Below, piece by piece: positions 16,693-25,891 of a stretch of 64,000 nucleotides of DNA. Location of the stretch: contig LBRD01000001.1 of the NCBI GenBank assembly GCA_000991245.1, positions 69,467 through 133,466 of the forward strand. Reading direction: 5' to 3'. Source of the stretch: Parcubacteria group bacterium GW2011_GWC1_36_108 (GTDB lineage: Bacteria; Patescibacteriota; Minisyncoccia; Moranbacterales; GWC2-37-73). The translations under genes and the position numbers were made by a program. The notes beneath the pieces are model-generated. The model ran no database searches, was not told the origin of the DNA, and saw nothing but the letters and a program-made list of their open reading frames with translations. Each line of letters opens with the position of its first letter. Within the stretch, counting starts at the first letter, position 1.

Positions 16693-17457
16693 TTAGTTTA
16701 TGAATATTTTTTTCCAGAGCGGACGAGTATTGAATGTATCATTTCTTGTTTTTATACCCTCTTCCCACTCTTCCAATTTCACATCGGCAGATTTATAAAG
16801 TTTTTTTGACGCTTCAGGTAGAGAAGTAAACATTACTCTTTTGCAATACTCCACAAATTTTTCAAAGTTTGTAGTGGTATCCTGCATAACGCCAAGTGCC
16901 ATAATTCGCATACAAACCTCGTCAACATTATTGCATTTAGCAAGATCTTCCAAAATTGTAATTCCTGGACGAACAGTCGCTGGCACAGCAGGAATTGCTG
17001 GCTTAGCAGGTATTGCAGGTTTTGCAGGAATTTCAGGCGAGGTTGCAGTGGCTGGAATAGCTGGTTTGGCAGGTACCGCAGGCACTGCGGGCACGGCCGG
17101 TACAGCAGGTTTACTGGGATGAGTGATGTCATTAAAAGTCACAAGAATACGAAAATTTCTCGCATAAGTTGTACTGTTAACTCTATCTTCATCCTCAACC
17201 TTTTTCATTGCCTCGCTAATCATATTCTTCTGGTCAGGTGTAGCATTGGCTTCGGATAAGTCCAAAGCGAAATAATTTTCATCTTCCCAACCTTTTGGAT
17301 CGATAAGACGTTTTTTTATTTCTTCTCCAACTTTTTTTCCAGCAATTTCGCCAACACCCAAAAAACCAATGATTCTACCAGCCCATTTCCAGGCTTGCTT
17401 CACTAAATTCAAAAACGCACCCTCTCCAACTGCTTCCATCATCCATTTTCCAAACAT
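16693..17457 (-). CDS. Hypothetical protein with (PAx)n repeat
   Basis: KPAVPAVPAVPAVPAKPAIPA...PAKPAIPAKPAIPAVPA; SD GGGGAGG upstream. Confidence 0.75.
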   Translation of the reverse strand: MFGKWMMEAVGEGAFLNLVKQAWKWAGRIIGFLGVGEIAGKKVGEEIKKRLIDPKGWEDENYFALDLSEANATPDQKNMISEAMKKVEDEDRVNSTTYARNFRILVTFNDITHPSKPAVPAVPAVPAVPAKPAIPATATSPEIPAKPAIPAKPAIPAVPATVRPGITILEDLAKCNNVDEVCMRIMALGVMQDTTTNFEKFVEYCKRVMFTSLPEASKKLYKSADVKLEEWEEGIKTRNDTFNTRPLWKKIFIN

Positions 17458-17562
17458 GATAAACCTCCCCTTTTCCTTTATTTAGTGTGTATTTATTATA
17501 TTGTCAAAGAGCCTATTTAAGGCCCTTTTTGGCCTTGCTATAGGACTATCCTATAACCATCT

Positions 17563-17591
17563 ATCTTAGCACAAAAAAGACATTATGTCAA
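17563..17591 (-). promoter_or_regulatory. Sigma70-type promoter
   Basis: TTGACA-17 bp-TAAGAT with extended TG on the minus strand. Confidence 0.65.
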
Positions 17592-17690
17592 GCTCGCTGA
17601 AAGATGAAATTGGTGGTATAATACAGCTAATAAAGAAACAGGGGGGAATTCTATTGAGAATAAAAAACTAATTTCAATCACAAAAATACA

Positions 17691-17732
17691 ACCCCAGTTA
17701 AATAGTCTGCCTACGGCAGAATTTAACGGGGC
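17691..17732 (+). repeat. 42-bp hairpin element, copy 2
   Basis: ACCCCAGTTAAATAGT-ctgcctacggcaga-ATTTAACGGGGC. Confidence 0.7.
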
Positions 17733-17743
17733 AAGAAACAAAA

Positions 17744-19306
17744 ATGCAAAACAAAAAAATCGTCTGGGGGCTGCTGCTGGCAATTTTGATTGCGGCTTTT
17801 GCACTGAGAGTGACTAATATCAAAAACATTCCAGCGGGAATATATCCTGATGAAGCGCAAAATGGAGTTGATGCGCAGCAGGCTAATGCGACTGGGGAAT
17901 ACAAAATCTTTTATGAAGGCAACCAGGGTCGCGAAGGATTGTTTATAAACCTGCAGGCACTTTCGATTAAGGCTTTTGGTCCGACTGAATTTGCGCTCAA
18001 ACTTTGGTCAATCATTTTTGGCACCCTGACAGTGCTGGGGGTCTTCTTGCTAACCAAAGAACTTTTCAAAAGTTATGCAGCTGCTCTGATTGGTGCATAT
18101 CTGACTGCATTTTCGTATTGGGCGATCAATTTTTCCCGCATCGGCTTTCGGGCTATTATGGTTCCGTTTCTTCTTTCTTTTTCTTTTTACTTTCTCTTTA
18201 AGGGTCTGCGCACGAAAAAGCTTCACGATTTTGTCATCGCAGGTTTGATTTATGGACTTGGTGTTCACACTTACATCGCCTTTCGCGTTTCCCCACTGAT
18301 ATTGGTAATGCTACTCATTTCACTAATCATAACTCGTAAAAACTTTTTATTAAACTATTGGAAACACACGCTTGTTTTCGCTTTTGCGATGCTAGTCACA
18401 GCCACTCCAATGCTGCTTGATTTTTTCGTTTATAACCCACAGCATTATGCGTCACGCACCAGCGCAATTTCTGTTTTCAATTCAGCCACCAATGGTGGAA
18501 ATCTTCCGCTGACAATCGCCAAGACATTCGGACTGAGTTTGCAAAAATATTTTGTAATGGGCGATCTCAATATGAGACACAATTATCCACCTTATCCACT
18601 GCTTAATCCCATTGTTGGCATTTCTTTTTTAATCGGATTTATATATATCATTGCTAAATTTTTGCAATTATTTTGGCTGCGAATATACAAGGGTGTTCGA
18701 GATGAAAAATTAGACGTTTATATCTTTCTTTTATCTTGGTTTTTCGCAATGCTTATTCCAGAATTTTTGGCCAACGAAGGAAATCCTCACGCACTGCGCT
18801 CTATTGGAACATTGCCGGTAGTGATAATGATTTCGATTCTTCCTTTTCTTTGGATATTAAAAAAATATAATCAATTTGGACACAGTTATAAAATTTTTAC
18901 CGTTTCCATTCTTGCAGGAGTTTTTGTTTTTATTGGGCTAGCTGATCCAATTAAATATTTTGTCTTTTTTGCCAACAGTCCAAAACAGCATCAAGTTTTT
19001 GAAGCCAACACAAGAGCAATCTCCGATTATATTCGAACTCTTCCCCAAAGCGAAAAGAAATATATTATTACAGGCGCTATGCCAAGATTGACAATCAATT
19101 ATCTCAACCCGACACTTCCAAACACTTTTTATATTTATCCTCACGAAATAAACAACATCAAAGTTGAAGGCAATGAAAAAATTGAAATAATATTCACAGG
19201 ATGGGATTGGAATTCAATAAACTCGCTCCGCGGAAGAATTCCAAATCTCACTTTTCAAGAACACAAAAACAAATTTGGGGATATATTTATAACACTAAGT
19301 AACTAA
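17744..19306 (+). CDS. GT-C glycosyltransferase (ArnT/PMT, family 39-like)
   Basis: PAGIYPDEA luminal DE motif and many TM helices. Confidence 0.8.
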   Translation: MQNKKIVWGLLLAILIAAFALRVTNIKNIPAGIYPDEAQNGVDAQQANATGEYKIFYEGNQGREGLFINLQALSIKAFGPTEFALKLWSIIFGTLTVLGVFLLTKELFKSYAAALIGAYLTAFSYWAINFSRIGFRAIMVPFLLSFSFYFLFKGLRTKKLHDFVIAGLIYGLGVHTYIAFRVSPLILVMLLISLIITRKNFLLNYWKHTLVFAFAMLVTATPMLLDFFVYNPQHYASRTSAISVFNSATNGGNLPLTIAKTFGLSLQKYFVMGDLNMRHNYPPYPLLNPIVGISFLIGFIYIIAKFLQLFWLRIYKGVRDEKLDVYIFLLSWFFAMLIPEFLANEGNPHALRSIGTLPVVIMISILPFLWILKKYNQFGHSYKIFTVSILAGVFVFIGLADPIKYFVFFANSPKQHQVFEANTRAISDYIRTLPQSEKKYIITGAMPRLTINYLNPTLPNTFYIYPHEINNIKVEGNEKIEIIFTGWDWNSINSLRGRIPNLTFQEHKNKFGDIFITLSN

Positions 19307-19313
19307 GCTTAAC

Positions 19314-19414
19314 ATAATACGAATTATGCGAATTTATGCGTATGGTGCGAATATGCGAATGACACGAATCATTTGCGTATTCGCGTATTAGCATGACATT
19401 CGCGTCATTAGTAT
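19314..19414. repeat. Empty TGCGAAT/ATTCGCA palindromic element
   Basis: ataatacgaattatgcgaatttatgcg...gcgaatatgcgaat...atttgcgtattcgcgtattagcat...tagtat. Confidence 0.75.
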
Positions 19415-19422
19415 AAATTTAT

Positions 19423-21270
19423 ATGGAGAATTCTCTAAAAAAACATTACCGCTGGGTTATTTTTGCCATTATGACATTTTTTGTCACAGTGTCTTTGCTT
19501 AATGCGAAAAATGACACAGCCACTTTTGATGAAGTTGCGCACATTCCTGCAGGATACAGCTACATCACCCAGCAGGATATGCGGCTTAATCCTGAACATC
19601 CACCGCTACTCAAAGATTTAATCGGCATTCCACTGGCATTTCTCAATCTCAATTTTGACACAACCAAACAATTTTGGACTGGCGATGGTTTGAACAGGAT
19701 TTGGGATGATGGACAATGGGTTGCCGGCAAACACCTGCTATATGAAGCTGGAAACAATCCTGATCAGATTCTTTTCTGGGCGCGCCTTCCAATTATAATA
19801 ATCTCCGTGCTGCTTGGTTTGTTTCTTTTTATGTGGGGCAAAGAAATTGCCGGGATTCTGGGTGGACTTTTTGTTTTGACCCTATATGCTTTTGATCCAA
19901 ATATTTTGGGACACAATCATTACGTTACCACAGACATCGGAATTGCTGCATTTTTAACTTTTGCTTTTTATTATTTTCTCAAATTCATCAAAAATCCAAC
20001 TTGGAAAAATGCTGCGATTGGCGGAGTTTTTCTGGGTCTCGTGAGCTGCGTGAAGTTTTCATCCATAATGGCTTTTCCAATTCTTGGACTTGTTCTTCTT
20101 GGCTATCCTTTAATTAAAAAAATATCGCACGATGACACCGAAATAAAAGAGAACTTTTTGCGCACAAAGTTATTTTTTTCATATTTAATAAAAAGTCTTG
20201 CAGCTTTCGCAATCTCAATGATTATTGTTTGGATTTTGTATTTCGCAAACACTTTTAATATGCCTCAAGATGTTATTGCTAGACAGATTAATTTTTCCTT
20301 CCCATCTAATGATACAAATCCTCTCAGCATAGCGACCAACAGCGCACTAACAACCCTTAATTCATCCGCATTTCTTCGTCCATACGCTGAATACTTCCTT
20401 GGTGTCACGATGGTGTTCAAACGTGTCGCTGGAGGAAATGGTGCATATTTCTTGAACAATGTTTCCGGCAAGGCATCTCCTGTATATTTCCCATTGGTGT
20501 TTCTACTCAAGGAAACTCTTCCATTTCTAATGCTGATTCTTTTTTCACTGATTTATACTGGAGCACAAATCACAAGAACATTCAAAAGATCAATAACTGA
20601 AAAAAGCATTGGAAAAAATTTCAAACGCTTTTTGCAAACAGGCGTGATGCAATACTCCCTCTTTGGTTTTATTATTCTTTATTCATATCTCAGCATAACC
20701 GGAAATCTAAACATTGGCCTTCGGCATCTCTTTCCGATTATGCCGTTAGCATATTTACTTGTGACTAAAAAAGTTTTTGATTTTCTCAGACACAAGCACT
20801 TTGCCACAAGACACCAACTTCAAATTATTTTTTCCATCCTAATAACTTGGATCGTTATTATCCCAATTTTCAATTATCCAAACTATGTTTCATATTTTAA
20901 TGAATCCATCGGTGGTTCGCAGAACGGATACAAATATGTAACCGATTCAAATGTTGACTGGGGACAAGACTTAGGCAGATTAAAAATATTTTTGGATGAA
21001 AATCCGCAAATAAAAAAGATTAATGTGGATTATTTCGGTGGAGGAAATCCTGCATATTATCTGGGAGATAAATATGTTTCGACTTGGGATTCCAAGCGAC
21101 CAATTGAGACTGGCTGGTATGCCATCTCAACGAATTCACTTCAGACCAGCATATACGACAAAGCCAACAAGACTCCTGCAACAAATTACGCTTGGACACA
21201 GCAATACGAACCAATTGATATGATTGGAAATTCAATTATGATTTATTATGTGCCATTTGCAATAGAATAA
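19423..21270 (+). CDS. GT-C glycosyltransferase (ArnT/PMT, family 39-like)
   Basis: ATFDEVAH, NPEHPPL, VTTD, NIGLRH and DSNVDWGQDL motifs; polytopic. Confidence 0.82.
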   Translation: MENSLKKHYRWVIFAIMTFFVTVSLLNAKNDTATFDEVAHIPAGYSYITQQDMRLNPEHPPLLKDLIGIPLAFLNLNFDTTKQFWTGDGLNRIWDDGQWVAGKHLLYEAGNNPDQILFWARLPIIIISVLLGLFLFMWGKEIAGILGGLFVLTLYAFDPNILGHNHYVTTDIGIAAFLTFAFYYFLKFIKNPTWKNAAIGGVFLGLVSCVKFSSIMAFPILGLVLLGYPLIKKISHDDTEIKENFLRTKLFFSYLIKSLAAFAISMIIVWILYFANTFNMPQDVIARQINFSFPSNDTNPLSIATNSALTTLNSSAFLRPYAEYFLGVTMVFKRVAGGNGAYFLNNVSGKASPVYFPLVFLLKETLPFLMLILFSLIYTGAQITRTFKRSITEKSIGKNFKRFLQTGVMQYSLFGFIILYSYLSITGNLNIGLRHLFPIMPLAYLLVTKKVFDFLRHKHFATRHQLQIIFSILITWIVIIPIFNYPNYVSYFNESIGGSQNGYKYVTDSNVDWGQDLGRLKIFLDENPQIKKINVDYFGGGNPAYYLGDKYVSTWDSKRPIETGWYAISTNSLQTSIYDKANKTPATNYAWTQQYEPIDMIGNSIMIYYVPFAIE

Positions 21271-21286
21271 TAAAGAATACCGATGC

Positions 21287-21322
21287 AAAAAAACGCTCCG
21301 AAGAAATTCGTGAGCGTTTTTT
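21287..21322. terminator. Bidirectional intrinsic terminator
   Basis: AAAAAAACGCTC...GAGCGTTTTTT. Confidence 0.7.
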
Positions 21323-21347
21323 ATTGTACATTTAAATAGATGTGCAT

Positions 21348-21418
21348 TGTCATCCTCAGCTTGACTGGGGATCCAGAGCGATGCCTAGCCCTGGATTCCC
21401 GTTTTCACGGGAATGACA
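21348..21418. repeat. REP/dRS3-like inverted doublet, intergenic copy
   Basis: TGTCATCCTCAGCTTGACTGGGGATCCAG-spacer-CTGGATTCCCGTTTTCACGGGAATGACA. Confidence 0.85.
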
Positions 21419-21469
21419 CAGTGGTAATAATTAAGTTAACCTAGTGTTGCGTAACAAGTTACGTAACTT

Positions 21470-22354
21470 TTATTTTACCTCAACATTTTCTGCTTGTGGG
21501 TTTTCATCCACGGGAGGGTCGGTGTTTTTGAATTTATAGAAAACCTTGTTTTCGTTGCGAAGATCGATGTATGCAATTTCTCCTTTCTTATCCTCAGGAA
21601 TTTCTTTTTTCAAAACAGTTTCCAATGTTCTTATTGCTGAATCCAAGGAGAATTGAGTTGAAAAATAAAATTCTGTTTCCTGATTTGTTTTCACATTGAT
21701 TTCTTCAGCCATTCTTGATGGCGTGAAATATTGTCCAGTTGCCTCAAAACCAAGAGCTGCCAAAGAATCCTTGATGGCAAGTGCGTATTGTTCGTAAGAA
21801 GGTTCAATTATTTTGTCGCCAATTGTCACATCCCTCCTATTGGTTTCATTTATTTGCAACAGATTATTACCCATAAGATCTGGCGAGGAAAAATCAGCTT
21901 CGCTATATGCCGTGCCATTTTCATCAAGCAAATAACATTTTTCACTGCTACACCAAACCAGCAATGCTTTTCGTTCGTCGATTTCTATGCTCACAGTGTC
22001 TGGAAATTTTTTAATCACACTCAGTGTGCGAATTTTTTTAAATTTATCATTCAAAAGATTTTCAAACTTTCTTTGCGAAACAAACAAAAAATTATTTCTT
22101 GGAATTATTCCCAAGTATTTTCCTTGTAGCGAATCACTAACAATCTGTTGAATTTCCTGCCCATTAAGTTCTTTTGTGCCTAAAACTGTAATGTTTACGA
22201 TTTGAAGATGTTGAGAAAAAAATACGACATATCCCGTCACACCGATAAAACAAACCAGCAACGTATAGAAAATAAACACCGAGAAAAATCGTGAAGACTT
22301 TTTTTCTTCCTCGCAATCATTTCCTGTGCAATTTTTAATATATTTTCTCGACAT
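21470..22354 (-). CDS. ftsQ: FtsQ/DivIB-like POTRA-domain cell division protein
   Basis: Single TM, POTRA-like segment, KKFPDTVSIEIDER, YLLDENG, YIDLR. Confidence 0.75.
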   Translation of the reverse strand: MSRKYIKNCTGNDCEEEKKSSRFFSVFIFYTLLVCFIGVTGYVVFFSQHLQIVNITVLGTKELNGQEIQQIVSDSLQGKYLGIIPRNNFLFVSQRKFENLLNDKFKKIRTLSVIKKFPDTVSIEIDERKALLVWCSSEKCYLLDENGTAYSEADFSSPDLMGNNLLQINETNRRDVTIGDKIIEPSYEQYALAIKDSLAALGFEATGQYFTPSRMAEEINVKTNQETEFYFSTQFSLDSAIRTLETVLKKEIPEDKKGEIAYIDLRNENKVFYKFKNTDPPVDENPQAENVEVK

Positions 22355-22395
22355 TTTCGTATTAATTTTAATTTGTATTTATATCCGAGTGACAA

Positions 22396-23295
22396 CTACA
22401 TATCCATAAACAAGGTTTCCAAAATAAGTCTACTATTAGCGTTAGTCCTTTTCAAGACTGTCATAGCTTTCTGAATTTTTTCAATGATAGCACACGCTCT
22501 ATTACTTTCTATTTGATTTACATCAACAGCAATCTTTCTAATCTCCCAAAGCCAAACATTCAGCTTATCAAGAGTTCGAACCGCATCTTTGGAAAGTTCT
22601 TCCGCTAACTTGAATTTTTCATTCAATGTCCCCTTTCTTATTTTTTCAAGTTCCATTAGAGCATTAGTTCTAAAAAGTTTTTCCTCATTATGCTCGCTTA
22701 AATATTGCGCCAAGCCAGGTCTGCCGATAGAAAGTTCCACACAATCTTTTTGAAAAGAAAAATTTTCTGCAAAACCAACTTGCATATCCTCATCATCAAC
22801 CAAGCCAAAATTAATAACTTGCAAACGCGAAAGGATGGTAGGCAGAATCCTATCAATTTCATTGGTTATTAAAATTAAAATAGTTGTCGGATTAGGCTCT
22901 TCAAGAATTTTCAATAATGCGTTTTGACAACCATTTGTCATACGATGAGCATCGTTAACGATAAGAACCTTATATTTTCCGTGATAAGGAAACAAACTCA
23001 AACTAAGCTTGGCGTCCCTTATTGATTCGATTGAAATGTCGCGCTGTTTTGAAATGCCATTTTTCTCAGTAATCTCCGGCTCCACAATTACCAAATCAAG
23101 CATTGCATCCTTATCCACATTATCAATATCCAAATTTAATTCACTGCCGGAAATAGCACCAAGTGCAAACATTTTTGCCAAAGTAAATTTTCCAACCTTT
23201 TCCGGCCCAGAAAAAAGATACGCGTGATTAAGTGTAGCATTTTGGATGCTTCTTTGAAGAATATCAACTGCTTTTTTGTTACCAATGAAATCCAT
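22396..23295 (-). CDS. holB: DNA polymerase III delta-prime subunit
   Basis: HAYLFSGPEKVGK, NALLKILEEP, ILPTILSR. Confidence 0.88.
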   Translation of the reverse strand: MDFIGNKKAVDILQRSIQNATLNHAYLFSGPEKVGKFTLAKMFALGAISGSELNLDIDNVDKDAMLDLVIVEPEITEKNGISKQRDISIESIRDAKLSLSLFPYHGKYKVLIVNDAHRMTNGCQNALLKILEEPNPTTILILITNEIDRILPTILSRLQVINFGLVDDEDMQVGFAENFSFQKDCVELSIGRPGLAQYLSEHNEEKLFRTNALMELEKIRKGTLNEKFKLAEELSKDAVRTLDKLNVWLWEIRKIAVDVNQIESNRACAIIEKIQKAMTVLKRTNANSRLILETLFMDM

Positions 23296-23366
23296 TCAAC
23301 CATGTAGCATGTAGCATGTAGCATGTAGCAAGAGCTTTTTAAAACTCTCCGCATTTTTGTTATATG

Positions 23367-24512
23367 TTATATGTTGTATGTTATATGATTAACATATTCC
23401 CCAAACTCATGTCTAAACCTTTCTCTCGAAAATTCTTCTCCTCTTTTTCTGATCACATTTTTATCATATTTATCTTTGCTATCCAAAAATCTCCTCACAC
23501 CATCTGCCAACACTTCTGGTGTCTGAGCATCAAAAAATTCTCCAGTAATTCCCTCTTGCACTGTTTCTTGCGCGCCACCTTTTCGATATGCAATCACAGG
23601 CACACCAGCGAGCATCGCTTCCACTGGCGCAATACCAAAATCATCTTCTGTTGGAAAAATAAAAGCTGCAGCATTTTGATAATATTGCGAAACGGCTGAA
23701 TCATCTTGCCAACCCAAAATGTGCACATTTTCTTTGGCAATTTTCCTCAAGTATTTTTCCTGCTCTCCAGTTCCAATAACAACCAAAGGAAGTCCGAGCT
23801 TATTAAAAGCCTCCACCACCAAATCAACTTTTTTGTATGGAGAAAGACGAGAAACAACTAGAAAATAGGATTTGGGTTTTAGGTTGTAGGTTGTAGGTTT
23901 AGATTGTTTTTCTAATTCCAAATTCCTATTTCCTAATTCCTGATTTACTGGTGGATATATGACTTTACTATCGCGTCTATAATATTTATCTACACGTTGT
24001 TGAGTATATTTCGAATTTGCAATCAGAAAATCCGGCCTGTCCGCTGCCAAGCGATCCCACACGCGCAGATAATTAAAAACTATTCTCGTCAAAAAATTCA
24101 TCCTTCTATGTTCAGTTTCTTTGACATATCTTTCATTATAATCCCAAACAAAACGCATTGGAGAATGAAGATATGCGATATGCACGGTGTCTAATTTTGT
24201 CACAATCCCTTTGCTCCAAGCACCAGAAGATGAAATGACCAAATCATATTCTCGAAGATCAAATGTTTCTGGAATTACTGGGAAAAATGGCAGCAAAAAA
24301 CGATATCTTTTTTTCAAAAAATTTGGGAATTTTTGCAAATATGATGGTCTGATATCTTTCCCCTCAAACAAACCTTTCATTTTTTCTTTATCATACAGCA
24401 ACGTGAAAATTGGCGCCTCTGGATACATATCTGAAAGCTCTTTCAGCACTCTCTCCGCTCCGCCCTGCTGAACAAGGAAGTCGTGGACCAACGCAACCCT
24501 TAATTTATCCAT
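23367..24512 (-). CDS. GT4 glycosyltransferase
   Basis: VHDFLVQQGGAERV, EDDFGIAPVEAM; carries an in-frame repeat insert. Confidence 0.88.
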   Translation of the reverse strand: MDKLRVALVHDFLVQQGGAERVLKELSDMYPEAPIFTLLYDKEKMKGLFEGKDIRPSYLQKFPNFLKKRYRFLLPFFPVIPETFDLREYDLVISSSGAWSKGIVTKLDTVHIAYLHSPMRFVWDYNERYVKETEHRRMNFLTRIVFNYLRVWDRLAADRPDFLIANSKYTQQRVDKYYRRDSKVIYPPVNQELGNRNLELEKQSKPTTYNLKPKSYFLVVSRLSPYKKVDLVVEAFNKLGLPLVVIGTGEQEKYLRKIAKENVHILGWQDDSAVSQYYQNAAAFIFPTEDDFGIAPVEAMLAGVPVIAYRKGGAQETVQEGITGEFFDAQTPEVLADGVRRFLDSKDKYDKNVIRKRGEEFSRERFRHEFGEYVNHITYNI

Positions 24513-24524
24513 AAAAAATGATTC

Positions 24525-25796
24525 TTAATTCTTTTTTAACAATATTTGGGATATTTCCTGTGCACATTTCTCCCAACTGAACCTTTTCACGTTCTCCAAT
24601 CCTTTCTGTATTATAGCATTTTTTAGGGTTTCGTCCGAGATGAGCTTAAAAATATTTTCGGCAATGTCCTGAGGGTTTTGGGGATCGACCAAGAGGGCTG
24701 AGCAATATCCGTTGTCATTCCCGTGAAAACGGGAATCCAGACCCTCTCCTGCATGCTTAGCCCTGGATTCCGGATCAAGTCCGGAATGACAAGATGCAAC
24801 CTCAGGAATAGATGAATTATTGCTAGCCACGACAGGGCAACCAACACTTTGCGCTTCCAAAACAGGAATTCCAAATCCCTCATACAGGGTTGGAAAAACG
24901 AAAACATCCGCCTTTTTTAATAATTCCCATTTTTCTTCTTCACTCACAAAACCAAGCTCGACAATGTCGTCGCAACATTTAACCTTTGACATTTGACTTT
25001 TGACATCTTGATAACCAAATCCAGACTTCCCAGCAAGAACTAGTTTGTGCGGAATATTATATTTCTCTTTCAAAATCTCAAAAGCCTTAACAATATTGGA
25101 AATATTTTTTCTTTCCTCAATGCGACCAATAAATAAAAGAAATTTCGAATTTCGAATTTCGAATTTCGATTGAATTTCTAATGTTTTAATTTTTGAAATT
25201 TGATCATTTGGATTTGATTGGAAATTGGAAATTGGAAATTGGAAATTCCGCTCCCCGCGGCTATACCCTTCGTAAATTACAGATATTTTTTTACTATCCA
25301 CGTTATATAATCTTTGCAAATCAAGCTTTGTATTATTCGACACTGCAATAATTGAACTCGCCCACTGACATGATTTCTTAATCGTTCCGCGCATATAAAT
25401 TCTTTCCCAAGAAGAATATGCTTTTGGACAAAATTCATATTCCAAACCGTGAATCACAACTATTGTTTTTTTGGGATGGATGATTGGAACAGTGTGCGCA
25501 GGAATAAAAAGCACATCAACCGGATGCAACAACATTTCCAAAGACAAGCCAATCTGCGTCCAAAATCTAGGAAATTTAATGACCTTTATTTGCCAACTTT
25601 TTGGCAATTCCAAATCATTAATTTTAACAACTCCGTTGTAAGTTGTAAGTTGTAAGTTGTTAGTTTTTTTAACATACAAAATAACCCGCTGATCATTTAA
25701 TTTATCACGCAGGTTTTTAATAACTTGATATGAATATTCTTCAATTCCAGTTCTGTTTTTTATAAAAGCCCGAGAGCCATCGATTCCTATGATCAT
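24525..25796 (-). CDS. GT4 glycosyltransferase with three in-frame repeat insertions
   Basis: Start MIIGIDGSR; RKNI, YEGFGIPVLEA and FSWEKCA motifs. Confidence 0.88.
   Translation of the reverse strand: MIIGIDGSRAFIKNRTGIEEYSYQVIKNLRDKLNDQRVILYVKKTNNLQLTTYNGVVKINDLELPKSWQIKVIKFPRFWTQIGLSLEMLLHPVDVLFIPAHTVPIIHPKKTIVVIHGLEYEFCPKAYSSWERIYMRGTIKKSCQWASSIIAVSNNTKLDLQRLYNVDSKKISVIYEGYSRGERNFQFPISNFQSNPNDQISKIKTLEIQSKFEIRNSKFLLFIGRIEERKNISNIVKAFEILKEKYNIPHKLVLAGKSGFGYQDVKSQMSKVKCCDDIVELGFVSEEEKWELLKKADVFVFPTLYEGFGIPVLEAQSVGCPVVASNNSSIPEVASCHSGLDPESRAKHAGEGLDSRFHGNDNGYCSALLVDPQNPQDIAENIFKLISDETLKNAIIQKGLENVKRFSWEKCAQEISQILLKKN
24713..24791. repeat. REP/dRS3-like inverted doublet inserted in frame in GT4
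   Basis: TGTCATTCCCGTGAAAACGGGAATCCAG...CTGGATTCCGGATCAAGTCCGGAATGACA; translates as CHSGLDPES...LDSRFHGND. Confidence 0.9.
25141..25247. repeat. Heptamer palindrome (AATTTCG)4...(GGAAATT)4 in frame in GT4
   Basis: Read directly; encodes NFQFPISNFQSNPNDQISKIKTLEIQSKFEIRNSKF. Confidence 0.85.
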
Positions 25797-25890
25797 TATA
25801 CGAATTATGCAAATTAATGCTAATACACGAATATGCAAATTAATTCATTCGCATATTTGCATCATTTGCATTCATTCGCGTATTAGTATC
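25797..25890. repeat. Empty TGCGAAT/ATTCGCA palindromic element
   Basis: Right arm attcgcatatttgcatcatttgcattcattcgcgtattagtatc matches 11262-11305. Confidence 0.8.
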
Positions 25891-25891
25891 A

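Noticed and set aside
16841-17122. Collagen-like (AGx)n ORF
   Set aside because: Reverse-strand shadow of the PAx repeat.
7713-17457. Integrative conjugative element or prophage
   Set aside because: No integrase, relaxase, VirB4, phage structural genes or att repeats seen.
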